A stretch of DNA of 36,746 nt from Octopus sinensis (GCF_006345805.1 NW_021836863.1:1-36746); one strand, 5' to 3'; counted from the first letter of the stretch, positions 10,958-22,091 are shown. A program made the numbers and translations. Notes: a model not told the origin generated them from the sequence alone.

Positions 10958-11816
10958 TCTAAACACTTATATACATACTGCTGTAATTATTTTACACGTT
11001 GCGTTAATAGACATTTTTTCAACATCTCCAAAGAACTAAATGCTGCCAATGCAAAGAAGGGTTTTCAATGAAATTTCATTACATTTTGAATGCCCGTAAC
11101 TCCAACATCGAACCTACAAGTCTGTTTATTACCCCTTTGAATCCCCCAACAGCCTTGCACCTTCAGGTCTACCATCGCATGAATCGCATCTAAAGGTTGG
11201 AGCCCCAGTTATGCTCCTGAGAAACCTCGATCCTCCAAAATTATGCAAAGGCACAAGACTTATTATCCAAAAATTGATGCAGACAGTGTTGGGAGCAACA
11301 ATACTGAGTGGGAAAGCAAGTGGGGAAGAGGTTTTCATTCCAAAGATTCCTCTCATTCCTTCCGACACACAAATTGATTTCAGAAGGTTACACTTCCCAT
11401 TGGGATTAAGCTTTGCAATGAACGTCAACAAAGCACAGGGTCAGACATTGGAAGTGGTTGGCCTTCATCTTCCAGGAGCTGCTTTTTCTCACGGACAGCT
11501 CTGTGTCGGATGCTCCAGAGGTGGAAATCCAGAAAATTTATTCAACCATGCACCCAACAGCAAAACCACAAACGTTGTGTATCACGAAGCCCTGCAAGAC
11601 TGAAACTTTGCAACAAAGACGCCTCTCGCTCGGACAACGTCTCTCACCAACCTCCAACAATCTCTCCATCTTCCAGCTGACAATTTTTGTACGTTTTTGT
11701 GAGGGAAAAATACACCTTTTGTGGCAGCTATAATGAAATGGCTTTCTTATATCAGAGTAATAAGGTGTTTCAATAGAACATCTTTACCCCTGGGAATTAC
11801 CAGGTACATCAGCTAG
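10958..11816 (+). mobile_element. Internally deleted Helitron with PIF1-helicase remnant
   Basis: 3' hairpin CCTGG/CCAGG (11789-11804), then CTAG (11813-11816) followed by T. Candidate 5' end A|TC at 10958 is less certain. Confidence 0.75.
11100..11603 (+). pseudogene. Helitron RepHel C-terminal PIF1-like helicase fragment
   Basis: YPFESPNSLAPSGLPSH..LKVGAPVMLLRNLDPPKLCKGTRL, VFIPKIPLIPSD, FAMNVNKAQGQTL, FSHGQLCVGCSR, KTTNVVYHEAL*. Confidence 0.9.
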
Positions 11817-11826
11817 TAATATACTT

Positions 11827-12106
11827 ATCATCATCATCATCATCATCATTGTCGTCGTTGTTTAATGTCCGCTTTCCATGCTAGCATGGGTTGGACGGTT
11901 TGACTGTGGGCTGGCGAACCAGATGGCTGCACCAAGCTCCAGTCTTGATCTGGCAGAGTTTCTACAGCTGGATGCCCTTCCTAACGCCAACCACTCCGAG
12001 AGTTTAGTGGGTGCTTTTACATGCCACCAGCACGGAGGCCAGTCAGGCGGTACTGGCAGCGACCTCGCTCGAATCTGTTTACACATGGGCCAGTCAGGCG
12101 GTACTG
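11827..12106 (-). mobile_element. SINE-C (V-domain-like, (GAT)n tail)
   Basis: Minus strand GGTTGGCGTTAGGAAGGGCATCCAGCTGTAGAAA ... CATGCTAGCATGGAAAGCGGACATTAAAC, then (GAT)n. Confidence 0.75.
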
Positions 12107-12212
12107 GCGTGGTACCTTGGGCAAGTATCTTCTACTATAGCCTCGGGCCGACCAAAACCTTGTGAGTGGATTTGGTAGATGGAAACTGAAAGAAGCCTGT
12201 CGTATACATACA

Positions 12213-12244
<32 letters not shown>

Positions 12245-12644
12245 TATATATGCGCTGGAGTGGCTGTGTGGTAAGTAGCTTACTTCCCAACCACATGGTT
12301 CCGGGTTCAGTCCCACTGCGTGTGGCACCTTGGCCAAGTGTCTTCTACTATAGCCTCGGGCCAACCAAAGCCTTGTGATTGGATTTGGTAGACGGAAACT
12401 GAAAGAAGCCCGTCGTATATATGTATATATAAATATGTGTGTGTTTGTGTGTCTGTATTTGTCCCCCCAACATTACTTGACAACTGATGCGGGAGTGTTT
12501 GTGTCCCCATAACTTAGTGATTCGCAAAAGGGTTTGATAGAATAACTACTAGGCTTACAAAGAATAAGTCCTGGGGTCGATTTTCTCAACTAAAGGCGGT
12601 GCTCCAGTATGGCTGCAGTGAAATGACAGAAACAAGTAAAAGAG
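12107..12644 (+). mobile_element. SINE-A partial plus full copy
   Basis: Core fragment 12107-12250; full copy from 12252 to the tail at 12644. Confidence 0.88.
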
Positions 12645-12673
12645 TATATATATAATATATATGTGTGTATATA

Positions 12674-12755
<82 letters not shown>

Positions 12756-12791
12756 TATATATGTGTGTGTGTATGTTTGTATACATATTCA

Positions 12792-13208
12792 TTTACTTGT
12801 TTCAGGCATTTGACTGCGGCCATGCTGGAGCACCACCTTTGGTCAAACAAATTGACCCCCAGGACTTATTGTTTGTAAGCCTAGTACTTATTCTATCAGT
12901 CTCTTTAGCTGAACTGCTAGATTATGGGGATGTAAACACACCAACATCGGTTGTCAAGTGATGGTGTGGGGGGCAAGCACAGATACAAAGACACAAATAT
13001 ATACATATATATATATATGTGTGTGTGTGTATATATGTATGTATGTATCTATACGACAGGCTTCTTTTAGTTTCCATCTACCAAATCCACTCACAAGATT
13101 TTGGTCGGCCCGAGGCTATAGTAGAAGACACTTGTCCAAGATGTCATGCAGTGGGACCGAACCCAGAACCATGTGGTTGGGAAGCAAGATTCTTACCACA
13201 CAGCCACA
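12792..13208 (-). mobile_element. SINE-A full copy
   Basis: Reverse-complement match to SINE-A. Confidence 0.88.
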
Positions 13209-13248
13209 CTCATATATATATATATATATATATAATATATATATATAT

Positions 13249-13466
13249 ATTTCTTTACTACCCACAAGGGGCTAAACATAGAGGGGACAAACAAGGACAG
13301 ACAAAGGGAGTGAGTCGATTACATCAACCCAGTGCGAAACTGGTACTTTATTTATCGACCCTGAGAGGATGAAAGGCAAAGTTGACCGTTGGGGAATTTG
13401 AACTCAGAATGTAACAACAAATGAAATACGCTAAGCATTTCGCCCGGTGCGCTAACGTTTCTGCCA
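13249..13466 (-). mobile_element. SINE-B monomer
   Basis: Matches the 3187-3403 unit; embedded in (TA)n. Confidence 0.85.
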
Positions 13467-13478
13467 TATATATATATA

Positions 13479-13855
13479 CTAGCAGTATCGCCCGGCGTTG
13501 CTCAGGTTTGTAAGGGAAATAACTATAAAGCATTTTTAGAGAGTTATAGCCAAAAAATAGCAAAAAAATAGAAAAAATGATGGTAAATTTTTTTGAGAGT
13601 GAAAAAAGGTGGAGTTGCGTCCCCTAGACAGTTTGCGGTTTGTGTTTCTGATTCTCGACCCCATGTCGAATTTATCGATTTTTTTCAGAACTGGGGGAAC
13701 TTTTCAAAATTTTCGCTACGTTAGTTTTGAATTATGACATTGGGCTATGTGTGTGTCAAGTTTCATCAGAATCGGTTGAAAGCCGTGGTCAGGGTGAGGG
13801 TACAAGCAAACAGACACACAGAAACACGCACAGACAAACTGCCGTTTATATAGAG

Positions 13856-13856
<1 letters not shown>
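13479..13856 (-). mobile_element. Non-autonomous Helitron
   Basis: Minus strand starts A|TCTCTATATAAACGG and ends CCTGAGCAACGCCGGGCGATACTGCTAG|T. Confidence 0.85.
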
Positions 13857-13894
<38 letters not shown>

Positions 13895-13895
<1 letters not shown>

Positions 13896-14023
13896 TGTTG
13901 TGTCGTGGGAGGGTCATTCTCTTTTAGTGCCTTATTATTTAATACACTCACTGGTCAAATTTCCACTCATTTACTTGTTTATTTTCCTAAAATTTTCATT
14001 GCATCTTGCAACCTTCTTGATAT
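13895..14023 (-). repeat. Penelope pLTR-like repeat family 2 (left arm abutting the LINE tail)
   Basis: About 85% identical by manual alignment to the reverse complement of 17259-17391; degenerate hammerhead-like fold at the inner end. Confidence 0.7.
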
Positions 14024-14084
14024 AATAATAAACATTGTGTACAGTGCTCAGGTGCACTACAACTCATCTAAAGTGTATATATAA

Positions 14085-16934
14085 TCAGGTGTAGATTCGA
14101 CGGATTTCGGGAAGCATGAGGGCCTTAAAGGATGCAGTGTCATGGCAGTCAACAACTGACGCAGGCAGTTTATTCCATGCTTCAGCAACTCTGAGCATGA
14201 AGAAATGTTTCCGAAAGTCATGGGAGCTGTGCTGTTTTCTGACTTTGTAGGCATGTCCACGTGTGTTAGACACATGGAGATCAAAAAGGTGTTCAGTGTT
14301 GTTGTTGGTGAGGTGGTTGACAACTTTGTGGGTGCTTACCAAGTCCGTCGCCAGACCCCGGAGCTTCAGTGAATCCATGCCCAGGGAAACAAGGCGCTCA
14401 GAATATGGTAGGTGTCTGATGGAGGGTATGCGTTTGGTTGCACGTCTCTGAACAGATTCCAGGAGGTGAATGTTCTGAGCAAGATAGGGGTTCCAAACTG
14501 ATGATGCGAATTCCAAGTGTGGTCGTACCATAGCTGTATACAGTTTTAAATAGATGGCTGGAGAGCGGCTAACAAAAGTCTTGCTGAGTGATGCCAAGAC
14601 ACCCTCGGCCTTCTTGACGATTTTAGAGATATGCTTTGTCCAACGCAAATCACTGCTGACAGTGATGCCTAGGTCATGCTCGCAAAAGGATTTCTTGATA
14701 TCAGTGTTGTGGAGGGAGTATGTGGACGCAGGGTTTTTTCTCCCAAAATGCATGGTGGTACACTTGTCCACAGCCAGTTTCAGTTGCCAGTCTGTGATCC
14801 ACTGCTGCATTGTGTCTAGGTCTGATTGCAGGAAAGAGTTGTAGACATCAGGATCTGTCCTCTTGATTTCAAGGTACAGCTTGATGTCGTCTGCATATTT
14901 TAATACTGTGGCATTCTTTAAATTTGCATCTATGTCATTAATGTATGCCACAAACAAGAGGGGACCAAGGACAGATCCCTGTGGTACACCCAATGACATC
15001 TCATATGGTGTAGAATGCTGTCCTAGAACTGTGACTACCTCCTTTCGGTTGAGAATGAAGGATTTCAACCAGTTAAAAAGGGCATCCCTCACACCCATTG
15101 CAGAGAGTTTCACCATAAGCCTTTTGTGTGGCACAGAGTTGAAAGCCTTAGCAAAGTCAAGGTAGACAACATCCACCCATGAGCCACTGTCAGTGATCTG
15201 AGTAATGTCCTCAAGGAACTCGACAAGCTGATCACTGCAGCTGGAGTTAGGGACAAATCCATATTGTGAGGGTCGGATGAGACTGTGTGAGCTCCAGAAG
15301 TTCCAAAGTGTTTCTATGACACACGATTCCATCAGTTTTGCAATACAGCTAGTGAGACTGACTGGGCGATAGTTGACAGGTGATGTGCGGTCGCCCTATT
15401 TGAACAGAGGAATGACACTGGCGGTTTTCCACTGCTCCGGAGTAGCACCATTGTTGAGACAGTACTGGAAGAAAATAGAAAGCTGGTGTAAAAGGAAGTA
15501 CCTGCCACGTTTGAGAAGCAGGTATGTAACTTCATCTAGACCAGGGGAGGCATAGTTGCGCTTATTTTGAAGGTAACGTCGCAGCATTGCAGGTGTAAAT
15601 TCCATAGTTGTTATGGAATTTGCTGTTAGTGATGGTGAAGATGGTACATTTTGACTTTTAACAGTGAATATGTTTGCATAGCACTCGGCAATGAGTTCTG
15701 CGAATTCCTTGGGGTCGTCAGTGATCTGGTTTGTGTGAGGGTTGCGAAGAGGGCCCACTGGAGAGTGAGGTCTCTGCTTTGAATGCACATATTTCCAGAA
15801 AACCTTGCTGTCAGGATTGGCTGCTATGCACTGTTCAAATTCAAGCACTGCTTTTTTTGTCACTTGCTTGAGATGGTTGGAAGATTTATTCCGCTTCTTC
15901 CTGTTGGTGTCTGATTTATGCAACTTGTATTCCCGTTCAGCAGTTCGACGTTCCTTCCTGACAAGTCGGACCGCTGAAGTTTCCCAAATTGCCCTTTTGG
16001 GGCGGTTCTTCTTTTTTTGTTTACGTGGCACTGATGCTGCACATGCTGCCCATATTGAGTCCAGGATACTCTGGAGTATATTATTCACATCTCCAGAGTT
16101 GTAGAATTCACGCCAGTTTGGGTGCTGTAGTTCAGTGTGGTACAGGTTCCAATCTGCCCTCTTCCAATCGAAGGAAGCAGATTGGAGATGGTTCAGGTGT
16201 TTGTTGCCCGCAAGGGCCAGATTGGCGATGATCATAGCATGATCAGAGTCACCTAGAGGTTCCTCCGTAGTGCAATTGATAACCGCTTCAGGAGTTGTGG
16301 TGAAGAGCAGGTCCAAGGTGTTGTCGCCTCTTGTTGGAGAGGTGACTACTTGTGACCAGTTTGAGTCCAGCACAAGCTCAACAAAATCGTTTGCACTCTG
16401 TGGCCAATGGAAGGTTTCCCAATCGATCTCAGGATGATTGAAATCGCCTGCAATAAAAACATAAGTGGCTGTTTTCCTGGCAGCAGCTCGGAGGATGTTG
16501 CAAAGCTGTGTGTCCTGATGGTAATTTGGGGGACGATAAACAACGCCAAGCAGGAGTGTTGACATGGTCATACGTATGTCACAGAAAAAAACTTCTTCTT
16601 GTGATTCGTTCAAATCGGCACAAGGAATTACTGAAAAATTTGAACGAACGTAGACCATCACACCACCACCACGGCGGTTAATGCGGTCCTTGCGGAAGAG
16701 GTTGTACCCAGTGATGTTGAAAACCCCATCACAGAGTAAGGAATGCGCCCATGTTTCCGTGACAGTGATGAAGTCAGGGTCAATACTTCTGACGTAGGCG
16801 TTGAACAAATGAATTTTGTTGCACAAACTGCGAGCATTTAAGGACAACAATTTGTACCCTGCTCGCAGTTTATGATGGTGTGTAGAGGATGGCAGGTTGT
16901 TCAGGTTTAGTTTCCCTGAGTTGCTGTAGTTTTT
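14085..16934 (-). pseudogene. LINE ORF2 (APE endonuclease + reverse transcriptase), one premature TAG at 15396-15398
   Basis: SLNARSL, ETW, GDFNHP, LDL, SDH (EN); NYRPVSLTS, SQYGF, LDFAKAFNSV, GVPQGSVLGP, YADD, VRPHLEFASSVWNP (RT). The two ORF-track pieces are in frame across AAA TAG GGC GAC. Confidence 0.93.
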
Positions 16935-17242
16935 TTAGTTTTTTTTTCAGTGTCAGTCATTGTGGGTAGAGAGCACTCAGACCAGCTGGTATCTCTCTTC
17001 CACGTTTCAGCAGTCTTAACAAATCTCCAGATTTGTCCATCTTCACAAAGACTGAAGCTTTCTTGTAGAGCTGAGTTCCGGTTCAGGGAAGCCGCTACAC
17101 GTAGCTTCGGACGTACATCGGATGGTAAGCCTGGGCGTGTTCGAAGGGTCGTCCGATTTTCACGCCCAGCTTTAACTGAGGCCAGATGGTATGCGGTTGC
17201 CTCAGTGTGGTCTGGAAAAGACAGCTTGATGAGCCTGGGTTT
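16907..17242 (-). pseudogene. LINE ORF1 C-terminal remnant (112 codons including stop)
   Basis: Manually translated open frame KPRLIKLSFPDHTEATAYHLASVKAGRENRTTLRTRPGLPSDVRPKLR...TQGN*, overlapping ORF2 in the -1 frame. Confidence 0.7.
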
Positions 17243-17258
17243 TTACTGTCTTATCCAC

Positions 17259-17391
17259 AACTATTGAAAAGGTTGCAAGACGCAACGGAAATGTTAGGAA
17301 AATGAAAATAAGGGAATGAGTGGAAATTTTACCGGTGAGTGTGTTAAATAATAAGGCACTGAAAGAGAATGACCCTCCCCAGACACAACAG
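17259..17391 (+). repeat. Penelope pLTR-like repeat family 2 (right arm abutting the LINE 5' truncation)
   Basis: CTA TTGAAAA G GTTGC AAGAC GCAAC GGAAATGT TAG at 17261-17297; ends ...GACACAACAG. Confidence 0.72.
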
Positions 17392-17450
17392 AATATGCTT
17401 CAACACACAAATTCATATAAAGAATCTTGCAAACCAAATCCAAAAACGAA

Positions 17451-17493
<43 letters not shown>

Positions 17494-17809
17494 TGATTCC
17501 AGCATTTTATAATGCCAACACATGCATAAATGCAAGAACACCACCACCACCACAACCACCACCACCACCACCACCACCACCACCAATACCAGAGCTATGC
17601 CTGTTCTCTTCCTATTGTTAGTGCAGTTGTACTCATGGACCCTCTTACCTCTACTCCACATGTCCTCCTTTTGGATCTCGCCACCCTCCTACTCCTTCTC
17701 ACTCACTCTCTTTCTTTCCACCACCACCACCCCTACCCCCAGCACCACCTTGGCTGCCCTGCCCAGCCACCTTCCTCCCACAACCTCTTTCTTTTTTCCA
17801 GCTGACTGA

Positions 17810-17850
<41 letters not shown>

Positions 17851-17870
17851 TTCCGGCTATTGCTCTTCCC

Positions 17871-19443
17871 CAGACCTGCTAGAAATAACAGCCAAATCTC
17901 CCTCAATCACACCCTACTCTCTTATCTATGTATGAGCCAATGAGGGAGACCTCTACATAGTAGCTAGACCTGGTAGAAATAGCAGCCAAATCTCCCTAAA
18001 ATCTCACCCTACTGTCTTATCTATCTATGTATTTATGTATGTATGAGCCAATGAGGGAGACCTCTACATGGTAGCTAGACCTGGTAGAAATAGCAACCAA
18101 ATCTCCCTCAAATCACACCCTACTCTCTTATCTATGTATTTATGTATGTATGAGCCAATGAGGGAGACCTCTACATGGTAGCTAGACCTGGTAGAAATAG
18201 CAGCCAAATCTCCCTTAAATCACACCCTACTCTCTTATCTATGTATATATGTATGTATGAGCCAATGAGGGAGACCTCTACATGGTAGCTAGACCTGGTA
18301 GAAATAGCAGCCAAATCTCCCTCAAATCACACCCTACTCTCTTATCTATGTATATATGTATGTATGAGCCAATGAGGGAGACCTCTACATGGTAGCTAGA
18401 CCTGGTAGAATAGCAGCCAAATCTCCCTCAAATCACACCCTACTCTCTCTTATCTATGTATATATGTATGAGCCAATGCGGGAGACCTCTACATGGTAGC
18501 TAGACCTGCTAGAAATAACAGCCAAATCTCCCTCAAATCACACCCTACTCTCTTATCTATGTATATATGTATGTATGAGCCAATGAGGGAGACCTCTACA
18601 TGGTAGCTAGACCTGGTAGAAATAGCAGCCAAATCTCCCCCCAAATCACACCCTACTCTCTTATCTATGTATATATGTATGAGCCAATGGGGGAGACCTC
18701 TACATGGTAGCTAGACCTGCTAGAAATAACAGCCAAATCTCCCTCAAATCACACCCTACTCTCTTATCTATGTATATATGTATGTATGAGCCAATGAGGG
18801 AGATCTCTACATAGTAGCTAGACCTGGTAGAAATAGCAGCCAAATCTCCCTCAAATCACACCCTACTCTCTTATCTATGTATATATGTATGTATGAGCCA
18901 ATGGGGGAGACCTCTACATGGTAGCTAGACCTGGTAGAAATAGCAGCCAAATCTCCCTCAAATCACTCCCTACTCTCTTATCTATGTATATATGTATGTA
19001 TGAGCCAATGAGGGAGACCTCTACATGGTAGCTAGACCTGGTAGAAATAGCAGCCAAATCTCCCCCCAAATCACACCCTACTCTCTTATCTATGTATATA
19101 TGTATGTATGAGCCAATGAGGGATGCCTCTACATGGTAGCTAGACCTGGTAGAAATAGCAGCCAAATCTCCCTCAAATCACACCTCTTATCTATGTATAT
19201 ATGTATGTATGAGCCAATGAGGGAGACCTCTACATGGTAGCTAGACCTGGTAGAAATAGCAGCCAAATCTCCCTCAAATCACACCCTACTCTCTTATCTA
19301 TGTATATGTGTATGTATGAGCCAATGAGGGAGACCTCTACATGGTAGCTAGACCTGGTAGAAATAGCAGCCAAATCTCCCTCAATCACACCCTACTCTCT
19401 TATCTATGTATATATGTATGTATGAGCCAATGAGGGAGACCTC
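17871..19443. repeat. Tandem satellite, 15 units of ~107 bp
   Basis: Unit TAGCTAGACCTGGTAGAAATAGCAGCCAAATCTCCCTCAAATCACACCCTACTCTCTTATC(TATG-rich)AGCCAATGAGGGAGACCTCTACATGG; starts at 18072, 18179, 18286, 18393 and onward. Confidence 0.95.
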
Positions 19444-19767
19444 ACCACCTCCTCCCTATATATATATATCAAACAAGTTGTTAAGCAGATGTTAAATCAA
19501 TCTGTAAAACTCCAGCAACCAGGGTCCAGCCGCCATTGGAGGGACAACGCCCTTAACCACTCATATCAAATGACACTTCCTTATCTCCCTCATGCAGTTA
19601 ACCACATGGCTACTGCGATGGTGGTGGGGAGTGGAGTGTGAATGGTGGTTGTTGTTGTTGTTGTGGTGGTGGTGGTGGTGGTGGTGGTGATGGTGGTGGT
19701 GGTGGTGGTGGTGATGGAGTCAAGTCTGTTGCCAAGTACACTATTACAAGTAAAAAAGAACAATACG

Positions 19768-20499
19768 TTAGATAATGTAGTCCTAGATACACTATGCCTG
19801 AATATAAGATGTGATGGTCACAGCTGGAACATCTTTGAACATAGGCCTATCTGCTGGATCAGGACTGACCTGGGGTTAAACAATAACAGCTATAGCCACT
19901 AATACTAACTACTATACTATACTTTATATAATGTGATTCTAGATACACTATGCCTGAATAAAAGGAGGGATGGTCACTGCTGGAACATCTTTGATCATAG
20001 TTCTAATCCTGTTTCTATTGCATATAACAGAATTTTATTCAGCTCAGCAGCTATTTGCACCAACAGTATCTGGTTTACCTACTGTTCTGTATATCAGAGG
20101 TTACCAATCTCATCTGACCAGATACCTAGCAGCAAGAGCATGCCATTGCCAAGGTATTAGTGGCTATACTTTTGTTTAACCCTTGGTCAGTCCTCATCCA
20201 GCTGACAGACCTATGATCAAAGATATTCCAACTATGACCATCTTTTATTCAGGCATAGTGTATCTAGGACTACATTATCTAATGTACCGTATAGTAGTTA
20301 GTATTAGTGGCTATAGTTGTTGTTGTTTAACCACAGGTCAGTCCTGATCCAGACAGACCTATGACCAAAGATGTTCCAGCTGTGACCATCCCATCTTTTA
20401 TTCAGGCATAGTGTATCTAGGACTACACTATCTAATGTATAGTATAGTAGTTAGTATTAGTGGCTATAGTTGTTGTTGTTTAACCACAGGTCAGTCCTG
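19768..20499. repeat. ~150-bp repeat family F: plus-strand units (19768-19997) facing minus-strand units (20154-20499)
   Basis: TAGATAATGTAGTCCTAGATACACTATGCCTGAATA... and its reverse complement; minus units recur at 20154, 20301 and 20454. Confidence 0.85.
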
Positions 20500-20656
20500 T
20501 TTGAAAACTTAAGGACACAGACTGCTTCTGTCAAACAGCCAACTGGAAACGGTGTTTCCTGGAGCTAAACAGCAGTAGCATTCTTCCCTTTCCTGGGACT
20601 GCCACACAAAGTTGGCAACAAACCATCACTTCATATATATATACATATATATACAT

Positions 20657-20909
20657 ATCATCATCATCATCATCATCATCGTTTAGCGTTTGCTTTCCAT
20701 GCTGGCATGGGTTGGACGGTTCAACTGGAGTCTGGGAAGCCAGGAGGCTGCACCAGGCCCAGTCTGATCTGGCAGTGTTTCTACGGCTGGATGCCCTTCC
20801 TAATGCCAACCACTCCGTGAGTGTAGTGGGTGCTTTTTACATGCCACTGGCACAGGTGCCAGATGAGGCTGGCAAATAGCCACGGTCGGATGGTGCTTTT
20901 TACGTGCCA
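20657..20909 (-). mobile_element. SINE-C
   Basis: (CAT)n followed by CGTTTAGCGTTTGCTTTCCATGCTGGCATGGG...GGATGCCCTTCCTAATGCCAACC. Confidence 0.8.
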
Positions 20910-20916
20910 TATATAT

Positions 20917-21130
20917 TTAAAATGTGACCGCGTGTGTACTGCTGGTGATTTGTTTCCTCCGCCTTCCCTTCTTTGGACCTTTCCTTCTCCTATGTTTCTG
21001 ACGAAGATCTCCGCTCGAAACGTTAAACCCTCCTCCTTTCTTTCTTTCCTGAGTGTCCAATAATACTATATTTGTTCCATGTCCTCGCATTGTTGTGTTT
21101 TCTCTTGTGTTTTTATGTTTGGATTAACTA
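20917..21130 (+). mobile_element. Penelope pLTR-like repeat family 1
   Basis: Second copy at 30591-30800 (minus). Both are flanked by (TA)n and contain a minimal hammerhead motif. Confidence 0.72.
20994..21028 (+). ncRNA. Minimal type I hammerhead ribozyme motif
   Basis: GTTT-CTGACGA-A-GATC-TCC-GCTC-GAAA-C-GTT-AAAC: stem I GTTT/AAAC, canonical core, stem II with one mismatch, palindromic ACGT stem III. Confidence 0.72.
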
Positions 21131-21135
21131 CATAT

Positions 21136-21204
<69 letters not shown>

Positions 21205-21373
21205 ATATAATTATATGAAATGGATATAAATGAATATATATATGTTACGGATTATTCATAATAATAAACCGATATGGGTATAGCAAAAATCACAAATGAA
21301 AAAACACGGTTGAGGTTACGACCCTGGGGTCTCAACGTGCCTTAGTGCGGAAGGAAATTTGAAATTTTAGTTT

Positions 21374-21508
21374 TATATATTTAGTGTAGGAAGAAATGGA
21401 GCTGAACGAAGATTTAACAAAATTCCTTTTTATTTTTTTCTACACGTGTAGAAAATAATATAAAAGGAATTTTGTTAAATCTTCGTTCAGCTCCATTTCT
21501 TCCTACAC

Positions 21509-21518
<10 letters not shown>
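21374..21518. repeat. Near-perfect 145-bp palindrome
   Basis: TTTAGTGTAGGAAGAAATGGAGCTGAACGAAGATTTAACAAAATTCCTTTT mirrored exactly around the centre CTACACGTGTAG. Confidence 0.95.
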
Positions 21519-21543
<25 letters not shown>

Positions 21544-21573
21544 GTGTGCATGTATGTATGTATGTATGTATGT

Positions 21574-21790
21574 ATCATCATCATCATCGTCATACATCCG
21601 TTTTCCATGCTGGCATGGGTTGGATGGTTTGACTGGGGACAGGCAAACCAGGAGGCTGCACCAGGCTCCAATCTGATCTGGCAAGGTTTCTACAACTGGA
21701 TGTCCTTCCTAACACCAACCACTTCAAGAGTGCAGTGGGTGCTTTTTACATGCCACCAGTATGGGAGTTGGTCAGGCGGCACTGATACAG
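21574..21790 (-). mobile_element. SINE-C
   Basis: (CAT)n tail plus V-like body. Confidence 0.78.
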
Positions 21791-21801
21791 ATGTATACAT
21801 A

Positions 21802-21833
<32 letters not shown>

Positions 21834-21836
<3 letters not shown>

Positions 21837-22006
21837 GCAGGCTGTGTGGTAAGTAGCTTGCTAACCAACCACATAGTTCCGGGTTCAGTCCCACTGCGTG
21901 GCATCTTGGGCAAGTGTCTTCTGCTATAGCCCCGGGCCGACCAATGCCTTGTGAGTGGATTTGGTAGACGGAAACTGAAAGAAGCCCGTCGTATATATGT
22001 GTGTAT

Positions 22007-22091
<85 letters not shown>

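Larger units (their letters stand above)
14024..17260 (-). mobile_element. 5'-truncated CR1-clade LINE
   Basis: ORF1 C-terminus, ORF2 with APE endonuclease and RT, short 3' UTR with GCACCTGAGCACTG and a (TTA)n tail at ~14024-14032. Confidence 0.93.

Noticed and set aside
13895-17391. Ginger/LTR-type element because of TGT...ACA-like ends
   Set aside because: Complementarity extends to C/G outside TGT/ACA, there is no 4-5 bp TSD, no integrase or gag, and the interior is a tailed LINE.
17871-19443. CRISPR-like array, Helitron concatemer or retrozyme
   Set aside because: Units are contiguous with no unique spacers and no cas genes; the CTAG is followed by A with no 3' hairpin; no CTGANGA...GAAA core on either strand.
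21306-21340. Hairpin GACCC-TG-GGGTC followed by AACGT as another hammerhead
   Set aside because: The core positions do not fit CTGANGA or a 3-8 compensated variant, and GAAA is absent.
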